Shown here: piece after piece, positions 36,676-44,577 of the stretch | Layout of the letters: every line of letters starts with the position of its first letter | How positions within the stretch are numbered: the first letter of the stretch is position 1 | From: Planctomycetota bacterium | GTDB lineage: Bacteria; Planctomycetota; Brocadiia; JAADGH01 | DNA: 64,000 nucleotides | Reading direction: 5' to 3' | Assembly: GCA_013152475.1 (NCBI GenBank) | Contig: JAADGH010000162.1 | Location: 45,994 to 109,993, forward strand | Translations under genes and position numbers: made by a program | The notes under the pieces: model-generated | What the model was told of the DNA's origin: nothing | Databases searched by the model: none | The model's input: the letters and a program-made list of their open reading frames with translations, nothing else

Positions 36676-36920
36676 TTACCTTTACCGTGTCATCGCGAGG
36701 CGCCTCGGGACGGCATAGCCGTTCGGCTCCGCCTCTTTGCTGCGAAAGGAGTCAGGCAGAGCCTGACGCCCGTTCCGAGGCAGTGCCTCGGAACGAGAAT
36801 GCAATCTCACCCCTCCAATCGGCCTCGTTTGATGAGATTGCCTGCCTGTGCGTCGCACGCAAACAGGCTTCGTTATCACGCGAAGCGCGTGACTCCTCAC
36901 AATGGCAGGGCGTGGGTTCC
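36662..36920. repeat. composite hairpin (REP/MITE-like) element, copy 1
   Basis: Core 36799-36920 is the reverse complement of 62562-62683 (5 mismatches in 122 nt by my hand alignment). Both copies end in ..GCGATGACACGG..GGGGAAAC(C)TCCT. Contains several perfect stems (TTCCGAGG/CCTCGGAA, TCACGCG/CGCGTGA, GTCAGG/CCTGAC). Copy 1 carries ~70 extra nt of hairpin modules. Confidence 0.8.
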
Positions 36921-37075
36921 GCAAGCCGAGTTTCGCAAACCAAATGACCGACAGTGATTACGCTTGATCCCGTCCGCATTCGGGGAAAGTCCTGAAAAAC
37001 CGCGCCGCGGCACGGCGGGGCTGGGGCGTGTCCTTCGTCGCCGGGGACTAAAGGCTTCTCAAACCCTCTCCCATC

Positions 37076-37084
37076 TGATATAAT
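37076..37084 (+). promoter_or_regulatory. extended -10 element TGATATAAT immediately upstream of the CPBP gene
   Basis: TG 37076-37077, TATAAT 37079-37084, then nine C (37085-37093) and ATG 37094. No Shine-Dalgarno sequence. Confidence 0.35.
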
Positions 37085-37093
37085 CCCCCCCCC

Positions 37094-38020
37094 ATGAAAC
37101 CGTATCAGAAACTCATCCTGGCCTTCGTCGCCATCGTCCTGCTTGCGTGCGTGCTATCGCCGATCGCAAAGCTCTACGTCGATGGACGCGTGCAGAAGAG
37201 CGAGGGCTTGGCCGACAAACTCCATTACGACGAGGTTACCAAAACCTATCGCTTCGGTAAAGTCTTCCGGCGGACGCTCATGGTCTCGGCGATCATCGTC
37301 CTCATCGCCATGGGCCGCGCACTGCAGATCGGGTCGGTTGCCAAGCAGGGCTATCTATGCAGGAAGGGCTGGTGGAGGGACCTTGCCTCCGGTGCGGGGA
37401 TCGGCATGGTTTCGATGGCCGCGTTCCTCGCGATCCTCTACCTCCTGGGCGCGACGATGTGGCGGACGGATATCGATGCCTCGGGGCTAATTTCCAACAT
37501 TGCGAAATTCCTGTTGGCGGTGGCCTGCATCGGCCTCTTCGAGGAGACCCTCTTTCGGGGCGTCGTGCTGCAAACGCTGATGAAGGACATGCGGTTCCTC
37601 TTTGCGGCGGTGCTGTCGAGCGTGCTCTACTCGCTGCTCCACTTCTTCAAGGCCAACGTGCCGGTGGGGATGGGCGGCGACTGGCTGATCGGCTTTCGCG
37701 CGCTGGAGGTCTGCTTCACGCCGCTCGTCACCGACCCCACGATCATCCCGGCGTTTCTGGGGCTGTTCCTGCTCGGAATGGTCTTTGCTTATGCATATCG
37801 CTGGACCAGCGCGCTCTATCTCCCCATCGCGCTCCACGCCTCCTGGGTCTTCGCCCTCAAGACCTCCGCCAAGCTCCTCTACCTCGGCATCGGCCATCCC
37901 CCCTGGCTCTACGGCACCAAACAGATCGTAGACGGCCTCTTGGGGTGCGTCTTCCTGCTCGTGGTGCTCATCCTGCTCTGCCTGCTCTACCGCAGACCGT
38001 CTGCGAAGCAGGAGTCCTGA
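37094..38020 (+). CDS. CPBP-family intramembrane glutamic endopeptidase (CAAX protease-like)
   Basis: Motif 1 FEETLFRGVVLQ, motif 2 LYSLLHFF, motif 3 IALHASWVF. Multi-TM protein. Confidence 0.85.
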   Translation: MKPYQKLILAFVAIVLLACVLSPIAKLYVDGRVQKSEGLADKLHYDEVTKTYRFGKVFRRTLMVSAIIVLIAMGRALQIGSVAKQGYLCRKGWWRDLASGAGIGMVSMAAFLAILYLLGATMWRTDIDASGLISNIAKFLLAVACIGLFEETLFRGVVLQTLMKDMRFLFAAVLSSVLYSLLHFFKANVPVGMGGDWLIGFRALEVCFTPLVTDPTIIPAFLGLFLLGMVFAYAYRWTSALYLPIALHASWVFALKTSAKLLYLGIGHPPWLYGTKQIVDGLLGCVFLLVVLILLCLLYRRPSAKQES

Positions 38021-38026
38021 CCGCCG

Positions 38027-41000
38027 TTATCTTCCCACTTCGCAAACGCGAATGTCGTCGAACCACACCTTGCCCGAATGCCGGCGGAAGAGGGTGTGGA
38101 GGCGCAGGCTCTGGATCGGCTTGGTCGGTTCGATGAGGACCTCGGCGTACTCCCAGTCGTGTGTGCCGGGGGCGAAGTCGATGGTCTGGCCGTAGAGCGG
38201 CGTACCGTCGGCGTATCGGATGTCCACATACACCGAGTAGTCGTGGTTCTTCCCCCCGCTCACGTTTTCCGCCTTGCTCCAGCCGCAGAGCAGGAGCGGC
38301 GTGGCCTTCTTCTGGTTCAGCGTCACCTCCTGCGATGCGCCGCGGAACTCGATGGGGTAGGGGTTCTCGCACTTCAGGCATGAGCCGCCCTTGCGTCCGC
38401 CGAGCGAGATGTCGAAGCCCTTCTCGTACGGCTCCCACGACTCCTTGCCCTTCTCGAAGCCGCCGTTCTTCAGCAGGTTCAACTCGGTCGGCGCATAGCC
38501 GAAGGTCAGGTCTTGCTCGAAAGGTTTTGCCATGCCTGTGATCGAGGCAACGACCTTCGCCTGCACGATTCCTGCCGTGGCTGCCTTCGGCGGCACGAAG
38601 GCGAACTCGTACTTCCCTGAGGCAAGGCCATCAAGTGCCACCGCGACTTCGGTGGGCTCGACAGTCCATCCGGCCGGCGGCTTGGGTGTGATCTTGCCAG
38701 CGATCTTGCTGCGGGCGTTGTTCTGAACCGCCGCCACGAACTTCGGCCCGTCCTCGCATCGTGTCACCGTCACATCGCACAGCGGCGAGACGACGAGTGA
38801 CGAGTCCACGCAAACCATAAACGGTCGCGCCTCGCGGTCGGCGACGAGTGTTGCCATCAGTGGCAGATACCCGCCGAGCCGCGCGTCCTTCGGCACGGGG
38901 ACGGCCATGTCCAACTCGCGCACCTCGCCGGGCTGGATCGAAGTGAGCAATGCATTGCCCACCGCCTTCAACTCGCCCCCGGCCATCAGGGCAAGCTTCA
39001 CATCGCTCAGCTTGGCCTTGCCTTGGTTGCTGACCTTGAGCACGGCCTTCGCCGAGCGCCCTGCCGGGGCGGTTCGGTCGCCGGCGATTTCGATGTGTAC
39101 TCCCGAGAGGATCATTTGCGCCAGAGAGATACGCTTGCCGAGGTCATGGATGTCCACCATGAGCCCCCGCGCGCACTTGCCTTTTTCCTTGCACAAGTGG
39201 CAGACCTTCACCGTCTGCGCCGCCAACACTTTGTCGTCGAACGGTGACATGCGCAACTGCCGGGCGATCTCCTTGAGTTGAGCCGTGACCGTTTTTTTGT
39301 CCGCGTCGGACATCTTTTCGCCTGCGATGCGGTTGCACATGGTGCGGATGTAGTTTAGCGCCAGAGCCACATGGTATCCGGCCGCACGGTCCTTGCTCGT
39401 CAGCCACAGGGCTGCCACCCCGCGCGGCGGGAGTGTGCCGCGAACGCGGAGCTTGCCCCAGTCGTCCTTGCCTTCGAGCTCGTGGTGGCTCACGAGGTCG
39501 TAGATGATATTGTCCTGCGTGTCGATGCCGAGGGCCTTCGTGTCGATCTTGATGTCAAATTTCCGGTCGGCGTCCGTGTCGTTGTAAACGCTTATCTGGA
39601 CGTCCCTTGCGACAGCCGTTCCGAACCGTTCCACGCGGATATTCGGGTCTTCTGATGTGGCATGTGTGATCGGCTCCCATCCCGCTTCGGCGAGCTTGAT
39701 AATGGTGGGGATGTATTTTTTGAAGAGATGCCGTTCGCGATTATGAAACTCCGGCGTGTTCCAGAAGTTGTCGTGCGCCGACGCGCCGGGACTGAACATG
39801 GAGGGCAGGAAGCCATAATAGAGGCACTTGGTGAAGTACTTTTCAACTTCGCGATCGCGAAATTTCGTGAAGTCCTCGTTGTTCAGGGGCAGGAAGGGCT
39901 TCTGGTAGGCCATGGTGCGCCGGATGTCGAGGTAGGCGTCGTCGGCGCCGGTGCGTTTCATCCAATGGATTTCATTGCCCACCACATCCAGGTAGTGCGC
40001 CATGAAGGGAAACCGGGTCATGAATCCGTTTGCCATCAGGAATTTCTTTTTCGGCTTCAATTTTCGCGCCATGTGGGCGACATATTCGTACACGGTAAAG
40101 CAGGTAAGCTGCACCGGCTTCTTCGTGTCGTAGCTGAACGTAAGAGGGAAGTCCGCCACGCGCCAGAGGTCTCGGCGGTAATTCTCGCTTGGGCCGCGCC
40201 ACTCGCCGAATCCGTCGAAGTAGACGCCGTCGAGGATGTTGCCTTGGGCCTCTTCCTTCTCGAAGCGGCCGAAGATCCGCTCGTCCATCACTTTCGCTTT
40301 TGTGATTTTGCCGGGCACCTCGGGATCGGCGCTGACCATAAAGTCGTAGACCGTTTTCCCCCGGGCCCAGTCGGCGGTGTACATGCGCGTCGAGTACTTC
40401 CCGTCCTTTGTGTAGATGCCGCACGTCTTGGCGATGGCGACCTTCTCGGCCTGCTTGTCCTTCACGGCGGGGTGTTCCAACGCCTCTTTGGGGGATGGCT
40501 TTTTCTTGACGTCGGGCGGCAGGTAGAAGCGCAGGCTCCACGGCTCGACATACACGAAGCTCAGGATGTTGTGTGCGTCGTCGTAACCCACATCGCTTGC
40601 GCCCTCTTGAAAGCCAAAACCGAAGTCCTCCGCCTTTTCGATCTTGCTGATCTTGGTGAACGGCTGCCAGATGCCCTGGCGCTTGGCGCGGCAGTCGAAA
40701 GACTGGGGGAAGATCTCGTAGTAGCGCTTCGCTGCGGCGCGGAATCCCCATTTGCCCTCGGTGCCGTAGATGATGAACTTGAACTTCGCGGCGGAGGGCG
40801 ACTTGCCCATGTCCGGACTCAGGCCGAGATCGAAGGCGATCTGGTATCGCTTCTTTTCCGGGTCATATGAGATGCGGTGGATGATCGGAGTATCCAGGGG
40901 AATGCCGATGCACACACCCACATCCTTGCTCACGCACGAGAAGGGATAGACCGAGTGCCTCCCGCCACTGTCGCCGTGCGTGGTCCAGTTGTGATACGCG

Positions 41001-41407
41001 CCGGCGTCTTCAATCTTTCGCGATGTGCGGATATCGTCCCACCACGTCCAGCCCCGGGCATCGAGGGGCAGGGCGAATTTGACGATAATCGCCCGGTCCT
41101 TGCCGGTCGTATCGCTGAGACGACCGTTCACCTCGACCCGCCCCGGGTTGATGACGTAGTCCATATCCAGCTCGATGCCGAGGTCGTCGCGATGGATGCG
41201 CTGTTTCGCGCCCTCCTCGGTTGTTTCGACCTTGCCGTGCACCCTGATCTCCGGCTTGCCATTGCCGAAGTCCTCAATGAAAATACTGGACTCATCAACA
41301 AGGCGCACGATGAGCTTGCCGCCGACGTAATCCGCCGGCGCAGGCCGGATGCCTGAAAGGAGCAGAAAGAGAAGCGTTGCACACAGCAGCATTCGGTGTT
41401 GTTTCAT
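38027..41407 (-). CDS. large secreted protein with C-terminal CBM4/9-like carbohydrate-binding domain; catalytic region unassigned
   Basis: Signal peptide MKQHRMLLCATLLFLLLSGIRPAPA. The C-terminal ~170 aa start NLLKNGGFEKGKESWEPY... and end ...KVWFDDIRVCEV, typical of CBM_4_9-like jelly rolls. The central ~700 aa have no motif I can name. Confidence 0.6.
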   Translation of the reverse strand: MKQHRMLLCATLLFLLLSGIRPAPADYVGGKLIVRLVDESSIFIEDFGNGKPEIRVHGKVETTEEGAKQRIHRDDLGIELDMDYVINPGRVEVNGRLSDTTGKDRAIIVKFALPLDARGWTWWDDIRTSRKIEDAGAYHNWTTHGDSGGRHSVYPFSCVSKDVGVCIGIPLDTPIIHRISYDPEKKRYQIAFDLGLSPDMGKSPSAAKFKFIIYGTEGKWGFRAAAKRYYEIFPQSFDCRAKRQGIWQPFTKISKIEKAEDFGFGFQEGASDVGYDDAHNILSFVYVEPWSLRFYLPPDVKKKPSPKEALEHPAVKDKQAEKVAIAKTCGIYTKDGKYSTRMYTADWARGKTVYDFMVSADPEVPGKITKAKVMDERIFGRFEKEEAQGNILDGVYFDGFGEWRGPSENYRRDLWRVADFPLTFSYDTKKPVQLTCFTVYEYVAHMARKLKPKKKFLMANGFMTRFPFMAHYLDVVGNEIHWMKRTGADDAYLDIRRTMAYQKPFLPLNNEDFTKFRDREVEKYFTKCLYYGFLPSMFSPGASAHDNFWNTPEFHNRERHLFKKYIPTIIKLAEAGWEPITHATSEDPNIRVERFGTAVARDVQISVYNDTDADRKFDIKIDTKALGIDTQDNIIYDLVSHHELEGKDDWGKLRVRGTLPPRGVAALWLTSKDRAAGYHVALALNYIRTMCNRIAGEKMSDADKKTVTAQLKEIARQLRMSPFDDKVLAAQTVKVCHLCKEKGKCARGLMVDIHDLGKRISLAQMILSGVHIEIAGDRTAPAGRSAKAVLKVSNQGKAKLSDVKLALMAGGELKAVGNALLTSIQPGEVRELDMAVPVPKDARLGGYLPLMATLVADREARPFMVCVDSSLVVSPLCDVTVTRCEDGPKFVAAVQNNARSKIAGKITPKPPAGWTVEPTEVAVALDGLASGKYEFAFVPPKAATAGIVQAKVVASITGMAKPFEQDLTFGYAPTELNLLKNGGFEKGKESWEPYEKGFDISLGGRKGGSCLKCENPYPIEFRGASQEVTLNQKKATPLLLCGWSKAENVSGGKNHDYSVYVDIRYADGTPLYGQTIDFAPGTHDWEYAEVLIEPTKPIQSLRLHTLFRRHSGKVWFDDIRVCEVGR

Positions 41408-41454
41408 GTCAAGTTCCTTGCGTTTCCATATTCAGGGAGTTCAAGCGCTGTCTA

Positions 41455-41510
41455 AATATACCCATTGCCACTGGAATCCTCAAGGGGAAAAACGACGAGG
41501 AGTTTTCCCA
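41455..41510 (-). promoter_or_regulatory. predicted promoter with upstream G-rich box for the 1126-aa secreted protein
   Basis: Minus strand: TGGGAAAACTCCT (41510-41498), 14 nt, TTGAGG (41483-41478), 17 nt, TATATT (41460-41455). ATG at 41407. Confidence 0.5.
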
Positions 41511-41609
41511 TGACCTCCGCGGTGTCATCGCTTCGTCATTTCCGCGTACGCGGGAATCCGCGGGTGTTCAAGGGTCTGCGACGAAGACCGCAGGCATAAA
41601 GCCTGCGAC
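41498..41609. repeat. partial copy of the hairpin-repeat family
   Basis: AGGAGTTTTCCCATGACCTCCGCGGTGTCATCGC is near-identical to the reverse complement of 62719-62752. It is followed by different hairpin modules (CCGCG..CGCGG, GCAGGC-ataaa-GCCTGC). Confidence 0.6.
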
Positions 41610-41800
41610 AACAGGGTTTTGGATAGGCTCTAAAGCGGGCCCGGCTCTGACTGCCGGAGCTGTGGTGTTAATAGGGGGTGCACATTTAAAAGTACCGAAC
41701 GAGCTCCATGCCACATATTGTGGTCCTTCCGGTGTGAAGCCCCACATGTGGATGTGCGGTGTGTATAACGTGTAACACCCCATTCGTGCAATTCAAGACG

Positions 41801-41958
41801 ACCAATCCGCAATCAGAGGAGTCCGGCTTCGACGGCGGGGCGTCCCCGCTCCTTCGGTTCGCGGAGGGGGCGGGGGTGGCCGACGTCCAGGTGGGAGGAG
41901 GGCGGTTTGTCGGTGAAGAACTGGCTCCGGCGCCACGCCTTGTCGATGTTCATGCGGT
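41801..41958 (-). pseudogene. orphan duplicate of the 3' end of the B12-binding radical SAM gene (left direct repeat)
   Basis: Ungapped match to 42712-42869 with 9 mismatches in 158 nt (hand alignment). The minus-strand frame still reads RMNIDKAWRRSQFFTDKPPSSHLDVGHPRPLREPKERGRPAVEAGLL-stop, versus RMSIDKAWRRSQFFTDKPPSSHLDVGHPHPLREPKERGRLAVEAGLI-stop in the intact gene. No upstream coding part. Confidence 0.8.
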
Positions 41959-42075
41959 GCGTGGCATGCTTGCCTGCATGCCGTATCCGCTACCGTACAC
42001 GGGCTGCCTACAACCCGTGCCGCACTCAAGCCCGTCGACGCGCGCGTCTACGAGATCGAGCCTTGAGCACGTGTG

Positions 42076-42300
42076 CTATGTCTTATGAGCTGCAGCTTGT
42101 CGAACGCTCTCGATCTGCGCCATGGCCTCGTCATCGAAGAGATTCGCGCCGCATTTCTTGCAGCGAAGCCTCTTGAGTTTCGGGACGATGGTGCCATCCC
42201 GGAGGCGGCAGTCACCGACGGCACGACGTAGGGCCATGGCGCCGCATTCGGGACATTCGAGGGGTTCTGAGGTTTTGGCTCTGATCTTCTTACCAGACAT
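42076..42300 (-). CDS. MqsA-like antitoxin, YgiT-type zinc-finger domain only (no HTH domain)
   Basis: MSGKKIRAKTSEPLECPECG...LKRLRCKKCGANLFDDEAMAQIESVRQ: two CxxC pairs and a helix as in the MqsA N-terminal domain. ATG 42300 overlaps the toxin stop by 11 nt. 74 aa. Confidence 0.65.
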   Translation of the reverse strand: MSGKKIRAKTSEPLECPECGAMALRRAVGDCRLRDGTIVPKLKRLRCKKCGANLFDDEAMAQIESVRQAAAHKT

Positions 42301-42646
42301 CAGTCGACCTCTTCGACGAGATAAGGACATAGAAGACATCGCGCCCTTCTTGGCTGAGGAGCTTTCCTTTCGTGTAGATCTCGATGCCATCGTATGTTAC
42401 TCCCTTGATGACATACAGCATCTCGCGCTTTCCCGACGTGGGGTTTCGTGAGCGCAGCTTCTTGCTGATTTCCGAGGCATTGATGATCGCTTCGTACACC
42501 AGATCACGCGTTAACCCCCCGGCGGCGATCTCATCCTCTGCCTTCTCGGTAAACAGTACTTGCCGACGGAGGACAAGTCGCTTGACTCGCGCAAGCGTAT
42601 CCACTCTTACCTTCCCTATTCTATCGGATTCTCGCGTAGGAGACAA
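42290..42646 (-). CDS. MqsR-family-like type II toxin (tentative)
   Basis: TLARVKRLVLRRQVLFTEKAEDEIAAGGLTRDLVYEAIINAS...DGIEIYTKGKL...VFYVLISSKRS resembles the MqsR layout (L..VK.LV..G.V..T..A......G........I). The toxin-first gene order matches mqsRA. Confidence 0.5.
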   Translation of the reverse strand: MSPTRESDRIGKVRVDTLARVKRLVLRRQVLFTEKAEDEIAAGGLTRDLVYEAIINASEISKKLRSRNPTSGKREMLYVIKGVTYDGIEIYTKGKLLSQEGRDVFYVLISSKRSTDVW

Positions 42647-42711
42647 GGAGTCTCATTTGCGGTTGGGATTTACAGGGATCATTTTACCACAAAGTGGACC
42701 CAAACGAAGCC

Positions 42712-42869
42712 CCAAATCCGCAATCAGATGAGTCCGGCTTCGACGGCGAGCCTCCCCCGCTCCTTCGGTTCGCGGAGGGGGTGGGGGTGGCCGACGTCCA
42801 GGTGGGAGGAGGGCGGTTTGTCGGTGAAGAACTGGCTCCGGCGCCACGCCTTGTCGATGCTCATGCGGT
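42712..42869. repeat. right direct repeat (functional 3' end of radical SAM gene) paired with 41801-41958
   Basis: See 41801-41958. Repeat offset is 911 bp. Similarity stops abruptly at both ends. Confidence 0.8.
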
Positions 42870-44316
42870 AGAGGTCGTATTCCGTAAAGTGGGCGTATTT
42901 CCGCCGGTCGCGCATCTGCCGAAACGGGAGCAGGGCGTAGCGGCGGAACAGACTGGAGATGGGGAAGCGGCGGCTGACCGTCTTCGGCTCCGGGCGGAAC
43001 CGGAGCGAATGCTGTCGGTGGTATTTCCATTTTAGGAACTGGAGATCATCGCTGCTGAGGTGTTTCGTTCGCACGTTTGCCCAGAAACCGTTGTAGTAGC
43101 GGTAGTCGTCGGGGTTGGTCACCATGCCGAGTCTGAGAAGGTCGTCGCGCGAGACGGTTTTGGGATAGGGGCAGATAATTTGGTCGAGGTAGTATTCCAC
43201 CTCGTGATCGCGGAGGAACTCATAGTTCGGGGCAATGTCCTCCTCCCGGTCGTCGGGGTGGCCGATGATGATTCCACCGATGCAGATGATGTTGTTCTTG
43301 TGCAGGTTTTCGATGGCGCGGCGCGACTTATCGGCGATGTCTCCCTTCCGCATCAGCTTCAGGTTGCGGCTGTTGATGTTCTCGATGCCGAGGAAACAGA
43401 TGGCGAATCCCACACGGCTCATCTTCCGAACCAGCCCGGGATTCATGCCGATGCCGTGGGAGCTGGCCTGGACAACGTAGCGCATGTCATCGTGCCCAGC
43501 GGCGATGAGCATATCGCACAGCTTATCGAAGCGCGGGATGTTCAGCGTGATGTTGTCGTCGATGAAGCCGATGAACCGCGCGCCGTTCCTTCTCGCGGCG
43601 GTCACGTCGTCGAGCACGCGTTGCAGATCATACTCTCGGTAGGTCCGTCCGTACATTCCGGCCATGCTGCAGAACTTGCACGCCATGGTGCATCCGCGCG
43701 ACGTCTCGACCAGGGCCACGCGTTTGCCGTAGATCCCGAACCGGGGCCAGAGCCGCGCCGTGCGGCGGGGGAGGGCAAGGGTGTTCAGGTCGAGCTGCGC
43801 CTTCGGCGGGGGATTGTGGACCCACTGGCCGTTGTCGCGGAAGCTAAGGCCAGGGATGTTGGCCAATCCCTTTTTGGTCTTGGATTTTCGATTTTCGATT
43901 TTTCCCAGAGCGTCAAGCAGTCGTGGGAAGCTCTGTTCACCTTCGTGGCGGATGAGAAAATCGAAGAGATCGCTTTGCTCTCCGTCGGCGATTTCCCTGT
44001 GCATCAGTGTCGGGTGGTATCCACCGGCGCAGATATTGATATCCGGATCATGCTCCCGGACGAGGCGGGCGACGCCGCACATGGTGTTGAACTGGAAGGT
44101 CATCCCGGACACGCCGACGAAGCGCGGCTTGACGGTTTCGAGCGCCTCCTTCACCCCGGCGCGGATGTCCTTGCGTCGGCAGCACAGATCGGCAACGACC
44201 ACTTCATGGTCCGGTGCGGATGCGGCAAGACTGCACAGGCCCAAGTTTGGCCAAGTATTGAGCCCGGTACGGAAGTTCGGCATCGTATCGGGCATGGCGA
44301 ATAGGAGCGCCTTCAT
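42724..44316 (-). CDS. B12-binding-domain radical SAM enzyme (second copy of this class in the window)
   Basis: True start ATG 44316 (MKALLFAMPDTMPNF...). B12-binding-like N-terminal domain (VGVSGMTFQFNTMCGVARLVRE..ICAGGYHPT), then ETSRGCTMACKFCS (CX3CX2C). The track ORF 42724..45162 carries an implausible 281-aa N-terminal extension. Confidence 0.85.
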   Translation of the reverse strand: MKALLFAMPDTMPNFRTGLNTWPNLGLCSLAASAPDHEVVVADLCCRRKDIRAGVKEALETVKPRFVGVSGMTFQFNTMCGVARLVREHDPDINICAGGYHPTLMHREIADGEQSDLFDFLIRHEGEQSFPRLLDALGKIENRKSKTKKGLANIPGLSFRDNGQWVHNPPPKAQLDLNTLALPRRTARLWPRFGIYGKRVALVETSRGCTMACKFCSMAGMYGRTYREYDLQRVLDDVTAARRNGARFIGFIDDNITLNIPRFDKLCDMLIAAGHDDMRYVVQASSHGIGMNPGLVRKMSRVGFAICFLGIENINSRNLKLMRKGDIADKSRRAIENLHKNNIICIGGIIIGHPDDREEDIAPNYEFLRDHEVEYYLDQIICPYPKTVSRDDLLRLGMVTNPDDYRYYNGFWANVRTKHLSSDDLQFLKWKYHRQHSLRFRPEPKTVSRRFPISSLFRRYALLPFRQMRDRRKYAHFTEYDLYRMSIDKAWRRSQFFTDKPPSSHLDVGHPHPLREPKERGRLAVEAGLI

Positions 44317-44369
44317 GACTCTGAAAAAGACTATGAACCCCCGAAATGTATGACAAATGCTAAAAAAGC

Positions 44370-44425
44370 ATAATATCACAAGCCGTCTGCCATTTTCAAG
44401 AGAAAAAGTAGGAGGAGTTTCCCCA
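44370..44425 (-). promoter_or_regulatory. predicted promoter with G-rich box for the radical SAM gene 42724-44316
   Basis: Minus strand: TGGGGAAACTCCT (44425-44413), 13 nt, TTGAAA (44399-44394), 18 nt, TATTAT (44375-44370). Confidence 0.5.
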
Positions 44426-44452
44426 GAGTCTCCGGCGTGTCTTCGCGGGTTA

Positions 44453-44510
44453 TGGGAAAACTCCTGAAATGAGTCGGAGCATTGACAAAAGGGCTGCGAT
44501 GTGGTAAGGT
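44453..44510 (+). promoter_or_regulatory. predicted promoter with G-rich box for gene 44578-45132
   Basis: TGGGAAAACTCCT (44453-44465), 16 nt, TTGACA (44482-44487), 17 nt, TAAGGT (44505-44510). Confidence 0.5.
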
Positions 44511-44577
44511 GTTTGTGGAATGTGTATTGTGGATTGGTTCGGCCGAGGGGCTTCCGGAGAGGGCATTGGAGAGTTCT

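Noticed and set aside
36752-36979. Small ORFs 36752..36979(-) and 62509..62853(+) sharing EPTPCHCEESRASRDNEACLRATHRQAISSNEA; considered as a conserved small protein
   Set aside because: The shared peptide is just the translation of the inverted hairpin repeat. There is no SD or start conservation, the frames diverge outside the repeat, and the nucleotide-level palindromes explain the conservation.
39662-40870. 402-aa plus-strand ORF inside the 1126-aa secreted protein gene
   Set aside because: Antisense shadow. The minus-strand frame is continuous for 1126 codons with a signal peptide and a CBM-like end.
41377-41775. 132-aa plus-strand ORF upstream of the secreted-protein gene
   Set aside because: It spans the predicted promoter and the hairpin repeat (its EEFSHDLRGVIASSFPRTRES segment is repeat-derived), so it is very unlikely to be coding.
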